56,346 bases of DNA from Candidatus Micrarchaeota archaeon. GTDB taxonomy: Archaea > Micrarchaeota > Micrarchaeia > Anstonellales > Bilamarchaeaceae. The stretch spans positions 1 to 56,346 of the forward strand of contig WJIU01000027.1 of assembly GCA_014730115.1 (NCBI GenBank), in the 5' to 3' direction. Below are positions 8,711 through 18,509 of the stretch, piece after piece. The stretch's first letter is position 1; every line of letters begins with the position of its first letter. The translations under genes and the position numbers were made by a program. The notes beneath the pieces were generated by a model. It ran no database searches, was not told the origin of the DNA, and saw nothing but the letters and a program-made list of their open reading frames with translations.

Positions 8711-9244
8711 ATGATTCTGTCTGTTTTTCTGGTAGGGCGCAGCCTCCCCGGATTCGGCAACCTTGTTTCGGCAATATCCAGGAAGTTCAGAGCCAGGGTG
8801 CAGTATGCAATGATTGACATGCCTGCCACCCGCTCATTCAACAAGAAAAGGGAACAGTTCAATGCAGAGAAGCTGCTGAGGGACCTTTTCCGGTTTGCCC
8901 CACCGCCAGGTGACAAGGCAGTCTATATCATCCGGGATGACATGTACGCAGGCAAACTCAGCTTTGTGTTCGGCCTTGCCGCAGAAAGGGCCTGCATCCT
9001 TTCCACCGCAAGGCTTGACCCCAGGTTCTATGGAGAAAAGGACATGGAAAAGGCCAGGGAGCTTTTCAAGGAGAGGGTCATCAAGGAGGCAGTCCACGAA
9101 ATAGGCCATATGGTGGGCCTTTTCCACTGCCCGGACAGGAAATGCGTGATGGCGTTTTCCAACTCGGTTGAGGATGTTGATTTCAAAGAAAAAGAGCTCT
9201 GCAAAAACTGCCGGAAATCATTGCCCGGAGACATAATAGAATAA
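8711..9244 (+). CDS. amzA: Archaemetzincin (zinc metallopeptidase)
   Basis: HEIGHMVGLFHCPDRKCVMAFSNSVEDVDFKEKELCKNC fits the archaemetzincin signature HExxHxxGx3Cx4CxMx17CxxC. Confidence 0.85.
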   Translation: MILSVFLVGRSLPGFGNLVSAISRKFRARVQYAMIDMPATRSFNKKREQFNAEKLLRDLFRFAPPPGDKAVYIIRDDMYAGKLSFVFGLAAERACILSTARLDPRFYGEKDMEKARELFKERVIKEAVHEIGHMVGLFHCPDRKCVMAFSNSVEDVDFKEKELCKNCRKSLPGDIIE

Positions 9245-9278
9245 ATAAAAAGCCAAGCTTTCAAATAGGTCTTTTACC

Positions 9279-9351
9279 GGGCCCGTAGTCGAGTGGTTAA
9301 GACGTTCGCCTTACACGCGAAAGATCCCCAGTTCGATCCTGGGCGGGCCCA
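9279..9351 (+). tRNA. tRNA-Val (anticodon TAC), no intron
   Basis: Manual cloverleaf: acceptor GGGCCCG/CGGGCCC, anticodon arm TTCGC-CTTACAC-GCGAA, T arm CCCAG-TTCGATC-CTGGG, discriminator A. CCA is not encoded. Confidence 0.9.
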
Positions 9352-9360
9352 TCCTGAAAA

Positions 9361-9924
9361 TCAGAAGCGTCTCTGCCCCCTGGGCGGGGCAGGGGGCTTG
9401 GTGAACAAAAAGTACTTTTCATCCCCCATGAGTTCGCTGAGTATCCTGTGAACAAATATGCCCACCGGGTCAGCCAGTGCAGGAACCCTTTTGTGCAGGT
9501 CCTCAAATGACTCAAAGGGCTTTTCTTCCCTTTCCTTAAGAAGTGCCTGCATGCTCTTCTTGCCGATTCCAGGCAGCAGGTCAAAGGTGTGGACCCGGAT
9601 TGATATCGGCCTTGCATTGTTGATAAAATTAACGAATCCGTCTTCCTTTTCCTGCACCGCCTTCTTCAGCATTACCGGAAGAAACTCCCTGGCCCCGTTG
9701 GTGAGGTCGTCATACTTCAGCCGGCCCTTGATGTGGTCTATCTCTTCTCTTCCTTCCTTGCCGACATATACCCTCTGGCCGAGGACAATGCTGGCGTTGG
9801 GATGAACGCTGGCCTCAAGCAGGGTAAAGAACTTTGTTCCCAGAAGCTGCACCATCGGTTCTTTTTTGATGGCATTAGCATGCCCTGCCGGCAAATACTC
9901 GATAACCCAGGCATAGTCCTCCAT
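9361..9924 (-). CDS. DUF655 (COG1491) OB-fold/helix-hairpin-helix RNA-binding protein
   Basis: It starts MEDYAWVIEYLPAGH, typical of the family. It occupies the conserved archaeal position downstream of L21e-RpoF. Confidence 0.75.
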   Translation of the reverse strand: MEDYAWVIEYLPAGHANAIKKEPMVQLLGTKFFTLLEASVHPNASIVLGQRVYVGKEGREEIDHIKGRLKYDDLTNGAREFLPVMLKKAVQEKEDGFVNFINNARPISIRVHTFDLLPGIGKKSMQALLKEREEKPFESFEDLHKRVPALADPVGIFVHRILSELMGDEKYFLFTKPPAPPRGQRRF

Positions 9925-9938
9925 TTTTTACACCTCTT

Positions 9939-10256
9939 TCAGGAGAGCTCCTTTAAGACGGCTTCCAGCTCCTCTTCAGTGAGTTCTATTTTGTCTCTGG
10001 CAAGAATAGACTGGAGGGTTGCCGGCGTCTTGGGCATTATGTCTATAATCTTCAGGGCTGCCTCCTCAGGGATTTTCTCGTTCTGGGTGAGCTTCTCTAC
10101 CAGTTTCTCTCCCTTTTTTCCGTCAATGTCGCTGAACTTCTGGGCATGTTCGAGCGCCTGTGACTGTTCATATCCCAGCTCACTTTCTTTTTCCCTTTTT
10201 TCCAGAGTTTCCTTTACCTTAGAAAGCGTAACCGGTTTGCTGGATTTTACTTCCAT
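9939..10256 (-). CDS. rpoF: DNA-directed RNA polymerase subunit Rpo4/F
   Basis: 105-aa acidic helical protein (LGYEQSQALEHAQKFS...IIDIMPKTPATLQSIL) immediately downstream of L21e, as in the conserved archaeal operon. Confidence 0.75.
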   Translation of the reverse strand: MEVKSSKPVTLSKVKETLEKREKESELGYEQSQALEHAQKFSDIDGKKGEKLVEKLTQNEKIPEEAALKIIDIMPKTPATLQSILARDKIELTEEELEAVLKELS

Positions 10257-10264
10257 CCTATCAC

Positions 10265-10552
10265 CTATGAGGCGAGCTTGAGATGCACAGGCCCTACTAC
10301 CAGCTTCTTTGTCTTTCCGTAGTCACTGATTTCAACGAGATAGCCTTTTCCCCGCTTTTCAACAACCCTTCCGTGCCTGTTCCTGTATCTTAAGTGAGGG
10401 AGCCCTTTCTCTATTGCCTTGGGTGTAATGACTACCTTTTGTCCGATTTCGAATGTTTTTACCCGCTCGTTGACACTGACCCTGCTCTTCCCTTTGAGCA
10501 TCCGTGTCTTCCCGCTTAGTGTTCCTTTTGAACTCTTGACCATCTTAATCAC
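10265..10552 (-). CDS. rpl21e: 50S ribosomal protein L21e (eL21)
   Basis: 95 aa. GKTRMLKGK...FEIGQKVVITP...GLPHLRYRNRHGRVVEKRGKGYLVEI matches the eL21 SH3-like core. Confidence 0.9.
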   Translation of the reverse strand: MIKMVKSSKGTLSGKTRMLKGKSRVSVNERVKTFEIGQKVVITPKAIEKGLPHLRYRNRHGRVVEKRGKGYLVEISDYGKTKKLVVGPVHLKLAS

Positions 10553-10645
10553 AGAGCATTAGTCCTGGAATTTTGTTGAGAGAAAGTCTTTTTAAAGCGT
10601 TGCCTCCTTTATAAAGCTTTATTAATCGTCTGTTTAGGTGGTTTA

Positions 10646-11215
10646 TTGGCAAAGAAACCCGAATTTGTTATCACCAACATGGTTGCTTCGGCATCCCTTG
10701 GTCTGGAACTAGACCTCTATGCCCTTGCAAGCAAGATACCGGAAATAGAATATGAGCCGGAGCAGTTCCCGGGTGCAATCCTGAAATACACCGAGCCAAA
10801 GGCTTCGCTGCTTCTTTTCAAAAACGGCAAAGTGGTCTGTGTAGGGTGCAAGAAAAGGGAAACCATAGAGAAGGTAATCCAGAAGACAATCAAAAAGCTC
10901 ACCCCCTACGCAAGGAAAATCACCAAGACCAAAAAGCCCAAAATTGAGATTACCAACATCGTTGCTTCCGCAAGCCTGAACATGGAGCTGGACCTTTACA
11001 AGATTGCATACAAAATCAAGGATGTGGAATACGAGCCGGAGCAGTTCCCCGGTGCCATCCTGAAATTTAAGGAGCCCAAGGCTTCCCTTCTGCTTTTCAA
11101 AAACGGCAAAGTCATCTGTGCCGGCGCCAAGAATGAGAAGGAAATCCGGAAGGCGCTGAACAAGGCAAAAAAGATGCTTGCGCCGTACGCCGAAAAGGCA
11201 CGGAGGTCAAAGTGA
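10646..11215 (+). CDS. tbp: TATA-box binding protein
   Basis: Two direct repeats, each with ITNxVASASLGxELDLYxxA...EYEPEQFPGAILK...ASLLLFKNGKVxCxG. TTG start lies 5 nt after GGTGG, and TTTATAAA lies about 35 nt upstream. Confidence 0.95.
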   Translation: MAKKPEFVITNMVASASLGLELDLYALASKIPEIEYEPEQFPGAILKYTEPKASLLLFKNGKVVCVGCKKRETIEKVIQKTIKKLTPYARKITKTKKPKIEITNIVASASLNMELDLYKIAYKIKDVEYEPEQFPGAILKFKEPKASLLLFKNGKVICAGAKNEKEIRKALNKAKKMLAPYAEKARRSK

Positions 11216-11733
11216 GGCTTTTACTGGCAATTGCATGCCTTTCAATTCTGCTTCTTTCCGGTGCACTCGGGCTGGTGACCCCCCAGCAGTGCGACCTGAA
11301 CCCTGAGCTTGACAGGGATTCAGAAAGAATGAACTGCTATCATAATGCAGCAATTACCTATGCCTATTTGAATAACAGGGACAGGGCCTCCGAAACCTGC
11401 CTGAACATATGGCTTATTTTCGGTGCGGGCGCTCCCAATTCCAACAGCGACATCGTAACCAAGGCGGAGATGACCGCCAACAACTGCTTTTACGACATTG
11501 CACTTATACTGAAGGACCCCCCTGTTTGCGCAAACATCCAGCAGAGGAGGGACAATGCGGTGAATACCAGGCTTTTCGGAGAAGCAGTAAGCCAGGAGCG
11601 CTGCGACCGGGAAACAAGGCGGCTGGCCCGGATAGACCCGGAAAGGTATCACCAGCCGGGGGAAGACAACCTGTGCAATGCGCTGTTTATTCTTCCCCTG
11701 CTTGTCCTGGCGGTCTTTATCCGAGGTCCATGA
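11212..11733 (+). CDS. Hypothetical secreted/membrane-anchored Cys-rich protein
   Basis: It has an N-terminal signal (LLLAIACLSILLLSGALG), 8 Cys, and a C-terminal hydrophobic helix (LFILPLLVLAVFI). I recognise no family. Confidence 0.55.
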   Translation: MRLLLAIACLSILLLSGALGLVTPQQCDLNPELDRDSERMNCYHNAAITYAYLNNRDRASETCLNIWLIFGAGAPNSNSDIVTKAEMTANNCFYDIALILKDPPVCANIQQRRDNAVNTRLFGEAVSQERCDRETRRLARIDPERYHQPGEDNLCNALFILPLLVLAVFIRGP

Positions 11734-12004
11734 GCTCAAGTGCTTTTTTTACGCTCATTCCTTCCCTGATGCCAAGGTCTTCGGCCCAGGTGGTGGTGTG
11801 CCTTATCTTCGCTTTTTTGAAATCCTCAAGCTCTTTGACACCGGATACAAAAGCGGCAATATCGCCGACTTTCTCTGCAGTGGACTTGTCAATGTAGCTG
11901 CACGCGACATAGCCGTTTTTTGCTTTTACAACAATGAGTGGCAGGTTTCCAATATTGTGTTTCAGGGCGATATAACTTTTTCCGTCAAAGGATACCTCAT
12001 CCAT
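11717..12004 (-). CDS. DUF1805 (YunC-like) domain protein
   Basis: PLIVVKAKNGYVACSYID...AEKVGDIAAFVSGVKELEDFKKAKI resembles DUF1805. Starting at the internal ATG 12004 reduces the overlap with rps26e to 8 nt. Confidence 0.6.
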   Translation of the reverse strand: MDEVSFDGKSYIALKHNIGNLPLIVVKAKNGYVACSYIDKSTAEKVGDIAAFVSGVKELEDFKKAKIRHTTTWAEDLGIREGMSVKKALELMDLG

Positions 12005-12248
12005 ACTTATCCCGCTCCCTTCTACGTCTGGCCTGCTCCTTTTTCTTTTCAAAAATGCCGCGGTGCTTTGCACAGCTGATGCAGTAGTAGACTGTTTTGA
12101 ATTCGGTGTAGGTTACGTTTTCCTCACCTTTCATATCAGTAGTAAAATGGGTTCTCTTGTTGTATTCAACAGCCTTGTCCCGCGGCACTGCTCTGCCGCA
12201 ATTAGAACAAGTTTCAAGCCGTTCTCTTCCCCTTCTTCTTTTTCCCAT
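11997..12248 (-). CDS. rps26e: 30S ribosomal protein S26e (eS26)
   Basis: MGKRRRGRERLETCSNCGRAVPRDKAV...YYCISCAKHRG carries the eS26 zinc-ribbon-like CxxC...CxxC pattern and a basic N-terminus. Confidence 0.8.
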   Translation of the reverse strand: MGKRRRGRERLETCSNCGRAVPRDKAVEYNKRTHFTTDMKGEENVTYTEFKTVYYCISCAKHRGIFEKKKEQARRRRERDKYG

Positions 12249-12254
12249 AGTGCC

Positions 12255-12989
12255 TCAACCTGTTCCCCCAAGTCTGCCTAAGCAGGTGCCGTTCAACCGA
12301 AATACTAATGCATCATTTAGTTTAAATAGTTTGTTGTTAAGCACCGGCCCCAGGTGCTTTTTTCCTTCCGGACCAATGACCGAGCCGACCAGCGGATTGA
12401 ATGCGGGCATCAGAACCAGTTCAATTTCAGGATTGAATTTTTCGTAGTGTCCGGCAACTTTTTCCTTGTTTGCTGAAGAAACTATCCATGCCGGCTCCAC
12501 GTGGCTTTTGCCTAAAGTGTCCTTTATTTTGACCATTGGATGCTGATGCCCCATGACAAGATATCTGCATTCCATAAGTTCCTTGCCCGGCCAGGAATGT
12601 CCGTGGCAAAGGCCCAGCTCCCCATACACTTCCCCCTCGGGAGCGGACACCTCTGCCGGCAGAAATTCCTCAATGCTTCCGTCGTGATTTCCCTTTACTA
12701 TCATTATGTCGCATATTTCTGAAAGCTCCCTGAGCATCTGTTTTGTTTTTTCGTCCAGAACAGTGATGTTTTCCTTTACGTCTCCCAGAAAGATGGTTTT
12801 TTCAGCATTGTGGGCGGTTATAAGCCCCTTCAGCTTTTCAAAAAGCCTGCGGCTGAACTGCTCATCGTAAACTCCTTTTGACCGGAGTTTTTGCTCAATG
12901 CCGAAATGGGTGTCCCCCACTATCAGGGCCTTCCGGTAAAGGATTGCAGGGGCATTGTAAAGAAAGCGCACGTAGTGATTGGGCATCAA
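12255..12989 (-). CDS. Calcineurin-like metallophosphoesterase
   Basis: The ordered motifs GDTHFG, GDVKE, GNHDG, GHSW and GHQH are present. Confidence 0.8.
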   Translation of the reverse strand: MMPNHYVRFLYNAPAILYRKALIVGDTHFGIEQKLRSKGVYDEQFSRRLFEKLKGLITAHNAEKTIFLGDVKENITVLDEKTKQMLRELSEICDIMIVKGNHDGSIEEFLPAEVSAPEGEVYGELGLCHGHSWPGKELMECRYLVMGHQHPMVKIKDTLGKSHVEPAWIVSSANKEKVAGHYEKFNPEIELVLMPAFNPLVGSVIGPEGKKHLGPVLNNKLFKLNDALVFRLNGTCLGRLGGTG

Positions 12990-13973
12990 TCAACTAATAT
13001 CCTTTTGCTTTGCCCGCTTCCAGTAAAGATAGTGGGCGGGCAGGCGGAACCATTCTACCAGGGTGGAAAGCACTACTGCAACCACCACCTGAACAAGAAC
13101 TGCGATTACAAGCACGATAATGGCCCAGAGCTGGCCGGTCTGTATCAGCAGGTTGATTATCCTTATGGAAAAATTTGCAAGAAAATTGAACAATAAAAGC
13201 GGCGCTGCAAATACCACGGACAGGATTGCCAGAAGGATATAGAATGCGGCGGTTTCCAGGAAGCGCCTTTTCACTATGCCCAGGCTTTCCTTAAGCGAAT
13301 CGATTACCCCCTTTCCTTCCAGAAGAAACCCATAGGTCCAGAACTGCGCCAGGAAGGAGTAGAGCAGATTCACTATAAACATATATACAATTAGCAAAAG
13401 ATAGCCGGTCAGCAGGCCAAGGACCAGTGCAAGGATTGCAGCTCCCGAGCCCTGGCCGCCCGGAAATAGCAGCAGCCCTCCACCACCCAGCACAAGTACC
13501 AATACCAGGAAACCGGGCAAAAAGAGCAAAATCCTTATCAGCATGTCGGCAATCAGGTACCAGAAGACCTTTCCCCTGATTTTCTGGAAGGTCCCCCATA
13601 TGCTGAATTTTTGCTTGCTGAACTCTGAATCAGTGAAGACTACTGCGGAAAGCTTTACCGATTTGGACAGCCATTCTGCGATTATGAACAGCGCCAGGCC
13701 CCCGGCCAGAACTGCAAGCAGAATGGCAGAGTTTGCGAGCAGCGCCTCCATGCCTGAAAAGTCAAGCAGGGAATTGGTCCCGGCCAGGGCAATGATGCTT
13801 CCGGCCAGCAATACAAGAAAAACAGTCATGGGAATGAAATACATAACAGCAGCGGCCAGGTTTATCTTCAGCAGCTGCAGGTAGTACCTCACATGGTTGG
13901 TTTTGATGAATGCAAACCATTTCCTGAAAGGGGCAAGAACGAAATCAACAAGGTTTTCCCCGGCCATGGACAA
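12990..13973 (-). CDS. Hypothetical polytopic membrane protein
   Basis: 327 aa with at least 6 long hydrophobic segments. Its stop abuts the start of the metallophosphoesterase gene. I recognise no family. Confidence 0.6.
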   Translation of the reverse strand: MSMAGENLVDFVLAPFRKWFAFIKTNHVRYYLQLLKINLAAAVMYFIPMTVFLVLLAGSIIALAGTNSLLDFSGMEALLANSAILLAVLAGGLALFIIAEWLSKSVKLSAVVFTDSEFSKQKFSIWGTFQKIRGKVFWYLIADMLIRILLFLPGFLVLVLVLGGGGLLLFPGGQGSGAAILALVLGLLTGYLLLIVYMFIVNLLYSFLAQFWTYGFLLEGKGVIDSLKESLGIVKRRFLETAAFYILLAILSVVFAAPLLLFNFLANFSIRIINLLIQTGQLWAIIVLVIAVLVQVVVAVVLSTLVEWFRLPAHYLYWKRAKQKDIS

Positions 13974-14046
13974 TACCTATTCAAAAATAATTATAATTGC
14001 ATCCGCCTGCAAGCATCTTAAATTCATTTACAGAAAAATATCCATC

Positions 14047-15882
14047 ATGCATCTTTATTTCAGGCATGAGAAGGTCCGCCCCCAGCAGAAGGAGCTGATG
14101 AAGGACATCTACTCTGCCATCTCCGGCAACAGGAACCTGATGGCCCAGGCTCCCACCGGGCTGGGGAAAACAGATGCAGTGCTTTCCGCGGCTATAAGCT
14201 GCGCTGCTGAAAACGACCTTACGGTCTTCTTTCTCACCCCCAAAATCTCCCAGCACCGCATCGCAATGGATGTGGTGTCCGGCATAGCGGAAAGCCATTC
14301 GCTGGATATCAGGGGGGTTGACATAACCGGGCGCTCCCACTGCTGCATCAGCCCGGACCTCCAGAACCTTGACAGCGACAGCTTTCTTACTGCCTGCGGA
14401 AAGAGGATAAGGGACCGGCAGTGCGAATACTATGCAAATGCCAAGGGCTATACCCGGTTTCAGGAGGCAAGGGCCAGGGACCGTTTCAAGAAGATGCTCA
14501 AAAAATACAAATGCGGCATGCACCACCATGACCTGATAAAGATTGGAAGAAAGGCAAAATGCTGCCCCTATGAATGGCTGATGAAGCTGGCCGAGGTCTC
14601 GGATGTGATTGTCGCGGACTACCACCACCTGATTGTTCCCCACATAAGGGAGATATTCCTTATGAAGACCAAGAAGAGGATAGAGGATTCGGTCATTATC
14701 ATTGACGAGGCCCACAACCTTGCCCCAAGGATAAGGAGCAGCCTTTCCCGGAGCATAAGCACTTTCACATTTTCCAGGGTTTCCAGGGAAATGCAGCTTC
14801 TGGGGCTGGACGCCGGGCCGGTGGAGGAGGAATTCCAGAAATGGGCAAAGGAGGCTCTGGGAAGGGCAGAGGAGAAGCCGGTGCCTGTGGCCGGCTTTCA
14901 TGAGTTCATCAACCGTTTCGGTATAACGATGGAGGAAACCGTGGAGCGCCTCACGGAAGCGGGCCTTTCCTATGTGGAGCAGACCAGCAAGAAAAGCGCC
15001 TGCCTGGGGATGGCCAGGTTCATGTCAGAATGGGACAACGAGTCGCACGAATGCGTGAGAATTCTGAAAAACAAGGACAACCGCCTTTATCTTTCCAAGA
15101 AGCTTCTGGACCCTTCCCCAGTTACGCGCATTCTCAACCATTGTGCATCTTCCATACTTATGAGCGGCACCCTCATTCCCCTGGAAATGCACCGGGACAT
15201 CCTTGGCCTGGACCCTCAGAGGACTAACCTGAAATCCTATCCCTCCCCATTTGACCCTGGAAGTGTAGTGAATATCATTGCCGAGGATGTCACCACCAAG
15301 TATACCAGAAGGAACCCTGAGAACTATCTTGCGATTGCCGGAAAGCTTGATGCAGTCATCGGCAGCACCCCTGGCGGCACTGCCGTTTTCTTTCCTTCCT
15401 ACGGAGTTATGGAAAGCATCCTTCCCCTTATGAAGCACAAGAAGCTTCTTGTCCAGAGGCCGGGCATGAAGCCCCCCGGGATAAGAAGCCTGCTCAGGGA
15501 CTTCAGAAACGGTAAAGGGACCCTCTGCGGGGTGCAGGGCGGCTCGCTGTCCGAAGGGGTGGACTACTCTGCAGGTGAAATCAGGACAGTGGTTATTGTG
15601 GGCATTGCCCTGGAGGAGATGGATATCGAGACCAGGGCACTGATTGATTATTATGACCAGAAATTCGGGAGGGGCTGGGATTACGGCTACATATATCCCG
15701 GCACCATAAAGGCGCTGCAGGCTGCGGGAAGGGCCAGGAGAAAGGAGTCTGACCGTGTTTCAGTTGTCTACATGGACGAGAGATTCAAGTGGAGAAAGTA
15801 CAACTGGATTTTTAATAGGGACGAGAGAATAATCGTTACTGATGTCCCGGAAAGGGCAGTATCTGAATTCTGGGGGGATTGA
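14047..15882 (+). CDS. xpd: XPD/Rad3-type Fe-S DNA helicase
   Basis: It has Walker A (APTGLGKTD), a DEAH box (IIDEAHNL), four Cys in the Arch/FeS insert (HCC...TAC...RQC...KCCPYEW), and C-terminal GRARR. ATG 14047 avoids overlap with the upstream minus-strand gene. Confidence 0.85.
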   Translation: MHLYFRHEKVRPQQKELMKDIYSAISGNRNLMAQAPTGLGKTDAVLSAAISCAAENDLTVFFLTPKISQHRIAMDVVSGIAESHSLDIRGVDITGRSHCCISPDLQNLDSDSFLTACGKRIRDRQCEYYANAKGYTRFQEARARDRFKKMLKKYKCGMHHHDLIKIGRKAKCCPYEWLMKLAEVSDVIVADYHHLIVPHIREIFLMKTKKRIEDSVIIIDEAHNLAPRIRSSLSRSISTFTFSRVSREMQLLGLDAGPVEEEFQKWAKEALGRAEEKPVPVAGFHEFINRFGITMEETVERLTEAGLSYVEQTSKKSACLGMARFMSEWDNESHECVRILKNKDNRLYLSKKLLDPSPVTRILNHCASSILMSGTLIPLEMHRDILGLDPQRTNLKSYPSPFDPGSVVNIIAEDVTTKYTRRNPENYLAIAGKLDAVIGSTPGGTAVFFPSYGVMESILPLMKHKKLLVQRPGMKPPGIRSLLRDFRNGKGTLCGVQGGSLSEGVDYSAGEIRTVVIVGIALEEMDIETRALIDYYDQKFGRGWDYGYIYPGTIKALQAAGRARRKESDRVSVVYMDERFKWRKYNWIFNRDERIIVTDVPERAVSEFWGD

Positions 15883-15883
15883 C

Positions 15884-17068
15884 TTGCTTTTGACTGACAA
15901 ATACGCACCAAAAAAGCTTGACGACGTGGTGGGAAACAACGAAAGGCTGGGGCACGTCCGGCAGTGGATACTTAAATGGATGAGCGGTAAAAATGCAAAG
16001 CCCCTGCTCATCTGGGGCCCCCCGGGAGTGGGCAAGACAAGCATCGCCTATACCTTAAAAGAGGAATACGACCTTGAGCTGCTGGAGATGAACGCCAGCG
16101 AGCTCAGGAGCAAAAAAAGGGTGGACCGGGTGCTGGGAGGCTCTGCCCTGGCCAGCACGCTTTTCGGAGCCATGAGGCTGGTGCTGATTGATGATGCCGA
16201 TGTGCTTGCCGGAAGAAGGGACAGCGGAGGCTCATCCGCGATTACCAGGTTTTTGCGGGAAGCTCCATGCCCAATTATTGTAACTGCAACTGATATCTGG
16301 GACAAGAAATTTGCGCCGATAAGGAACGAGTGCGACAAGCTTGACATGAAAAGAATCAACAAGGCTTCTGTAAGGAAGCTGCTCAAGGAAATTGCAAACA
16401 GGGAAGACATGGAAATTTCCCCGGAAACTATTGCAGAGATTGCGGAGCGCTCAAACGGAGACCTCCGCGCCGCCCTGAACGACCTGCAGACCAGGTCCCC
16501 GTCCCAGCGCACCCATGAGAAGGACATCTTCCAGGTGGTGCGGGCAATCCTGAAGGCCCGGACCTATGCCGAGGCCAGGGAAGCAATAAGGGGGGACATT
16601 GATTATGACTCGGTCAAGCTCTGGCTGGATGAGAACATCCCCAATGAATACCAGTCCAAAGAGGACATTGCATCTGCCTATGAGGCCCTTTCCATGGCCG
16701 ACCTGTTTGACGGCAGGATAGGCAGGACCAGGTGGTCTCTTCTCAAGTATTCCATAGACCTTTCTGTGGCAGGGGTGGCTCTTGCCAAGGACGGCGTTTA
16801 CCGCCATTTCACCAAATACTCATTTCCCGGCTATTTGAGAAACATGGCCAGGACTGTGGAAAAGCGGGCGATGCTAAAGTCCATAGGCAGGAAGATAGGC
16901 AGAAAGGTGCATACCAATGCCAGGGATGCCAGGCAGTACCTCCCCCTTCTCAAGGAATACGGGGAGAAGCATGCACAGGAGCTGATGGACTTCTATGAAT
17001 TTGATGAGGGCGAGCTTGCATTCATCATGGGAACAAGCGTGAGCAGAATCAAGAAAAAGGCTAGGTGA
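15884..17068 (+). CDS. rfcL: Replication factor C large subunit
   Basis: DKYAPKKLDDVVGN...LLIWGPPGVGKTSIAYTL...LEMNASELR...VLIDDADV. TTG 15884 lies 5 nt after GGGGGGA. The track ATG 15842 would overlap xpd by 41 nt. Confidence 0.8.
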   Translation: MLLTDKYAPKKLDDVVGNNERLGHVRQWILKWMSGKNAKPLLIWGPPGVGKTSIAYTLKEEYDLELLEMNASELRSKKRVDRVLGGSALASTLFGAMRLVLIDDADVLAGRRDSGGSSAITRFLREAPCPIIVTATDIWDKKFAPIRNECDKLDMKRINKASVRKLLKEIANREDMEISPETIAEIAERSNGDLRAALNDLQTRSPSQRTHEKDIFQVVRAILKARTYAEAREAIRGDIDYDSVKLWLDENIPNEYQSKEDIASAYEALSMADLFDGRIGRTRWSLLKYSIDLSVAGVALAKDGVYRHFTKYSFPGYLRNMARTVEKRAMLKSIGRKIGRKVHTNARDARQYLPLLKEYGEKHAQELMDFYEFDEGELAFIMGTSVSRIKKKAR

Positions 17069-18509
17069 AGTCTTTTATCTTTGTCTGGCCGGAGGGCTTC
17101 TTCTTTCCTTTCATGCCGGTCAGGATGCTTTTCATTTTTTTCTCTTTGCTGCTGGATGCGTAGTAATAATACTCGTCCCTTGTGCCTTTGGTCATGAGCA
17201 CTATTATCTCTCCCTTTTTCATCCGGGCGGCCCTTCCCCTCCTCTGTATGGTCCTGATTTCGCTGGGCACCGGCTCATAGAATATTACCGCATCCACCGC
17301 GGGTATGTCCAGCCCTTCCTCTCCAATGCTGGAGGCAACAAGCAAGTCGAACTTTTCGTCCCTGAAGTCCTGTATGGTCTCCTCCTGGTCCTTCCGGGTA
17401 ACTCCCTCTCTCTTGCCCATGAATTTCCTTGCCGCTATGCCATGCTCCTGAAGGAAGCTCTCAATCCTGGATATCTGGGAGCGGTACTGCACAAATACAA
17501 TCAGCTTCTTTCCCTTTAGCTCCTTTACTTTCTTGAGCAGCACCGGCATCTTGGGATGGTCCTTGTCTTCCTGGCTGAGCCTTTTTATTTCTGCAAATGG
17601 GGGCTCCCCGGCCAGGATTCTTGCTGACTTGGTGGTCTTTCCCTCAAGCTTGGCTATGTAGTCCCGGAGAGGATAGATTCCCTGGGTTTCAAGCAGCTCG
17701 CTCATGTGCAGCAGGTGCAGAAGAACAGAGTACTGGACCAGGGCAGGGTACTTGATGTTGTGCTTCAGCTTCAGGATTTTTTCCCTCAGCGCCATGAACC
17801 TGCCCTTGTGCTTCAGGGGCGCCCGGAACCCCATTCCGGCAAGCCTTTTTGCATACTTTGATGTCAGCTTTTCCAGCTCTTTCTTTATCTTCTTGAAATG
17901 CGGGGAGAGCATCACCGGCACCCAGGTGACCGAGCTTTTCTGCACGTATTTGGATACGTCTTCGTCCTCCTGGCCCCTTACTTCTACATGCTCCATGTCC
18001 AGGGCTTTCATCACCTCCTTGATTCTGGCCTTTTTTCCTCCCGGCGATGCGGTAAGCCCGACGAACAGGGTGTTCTCCCCCTTTGCCTTTTCAGCAATCT
18101 TGGTATAGGCATAATCACCTACTGCACGGTGGCACTCATCAAAAATCACCAGTGAAAAATCCGGTTTGGTTACCTTGTTCTTTATGTCATTCCTTACAGT
18201 CTGGGGAGTTGCAATTATCACATCGCTGCTGTACATCTCCTTTCTCTTTTGTGGAGGGAATTCGCCGGTCACCAGCACTGCATTCTCATCGGTGAGCTGG
18301 AGGGTATCCTTTACCGATTCATGGTGCTGCTTTGCCAGGGGCTTGGTGGGAGTTAGAAAAAGGCACCTGCCCTTCTTCATCCTTTCCTTAATCAGCATAA
18401 GTGCTATGAGCGTCTTGCCAAGCCCGGTGGGAAGTACGACTAGGGTATTTCCCTTTTCCATAATGGAATTGAATATCGCCAGCTGGTATTGCCTTGGAAC
18501 TAGTTTCAC
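17061..18509 (-). CDS. hef: Hef/FANCM-like SF2 helicase (helicase domains only, no ERCC4 nuclease domain)
   Basis: It carries PRQYQLAI, LPTGLGKT, FDECHRAVG, TASPG and GRAAR. Confidence 0.8.
   Translation of the reverse strand: MKLVPRQYQLAIFNSIMEKGNTLVVLPTGLGKTLIALMLIKERMKKGRCLFLTPTKPLAKQHHESVKDTLQLTDENAVLVTGEFPPQKRKEMYSSDVIIATPQTVRNDIKNKVTKPDFSLVIFDECHRAVGDYAYTKIAEKAKGENTLFVGLTASPGGKKARIKEVMKALDMEHVEVRGQEDEDVSKYVQKSSVTWVPVMLSPHFKKIKKELEKLTSKYAKRLAGMGFRAPLKHKGRFMALREKILKLKHNIKYPALVQYSVLLHLLHMSELLETQGIYPLRDYIAKLEGKTTKSARILAGEPPFAEIKRLSQEDKDHPKMPVLLKKVKELKGKKLIVFVQYRSQISRIESFLQEHGIAARKFMGKREGVTRKDQEETIQDFRDEKFDLLVASSIGEEGLDIPAVDAVIFYEPVPSEIRTIQRRGRAARMKKGEIIVLMTKGTRDEYYYYASSSKEKKMKSILTGMKGKKKPSGQTKIKDFT

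Noticed and set aside
13897-14046. N-terminal extension of XPD (track start 13897)
   Set aside because: It overlaps the upstream minus-strand membrane gene and an AT-rich promoter region. Helicase homology begins at MHLYFRHEKVRPQQ.
13981-14901. 306-aa minus-strand ORF
   Set aside because: It is antisense to the XPD helicase, which carries unambiguous Walker A, DEAH and Fe-S motifs. Such antisense ORFs are typical of GC-rich coding DNA.
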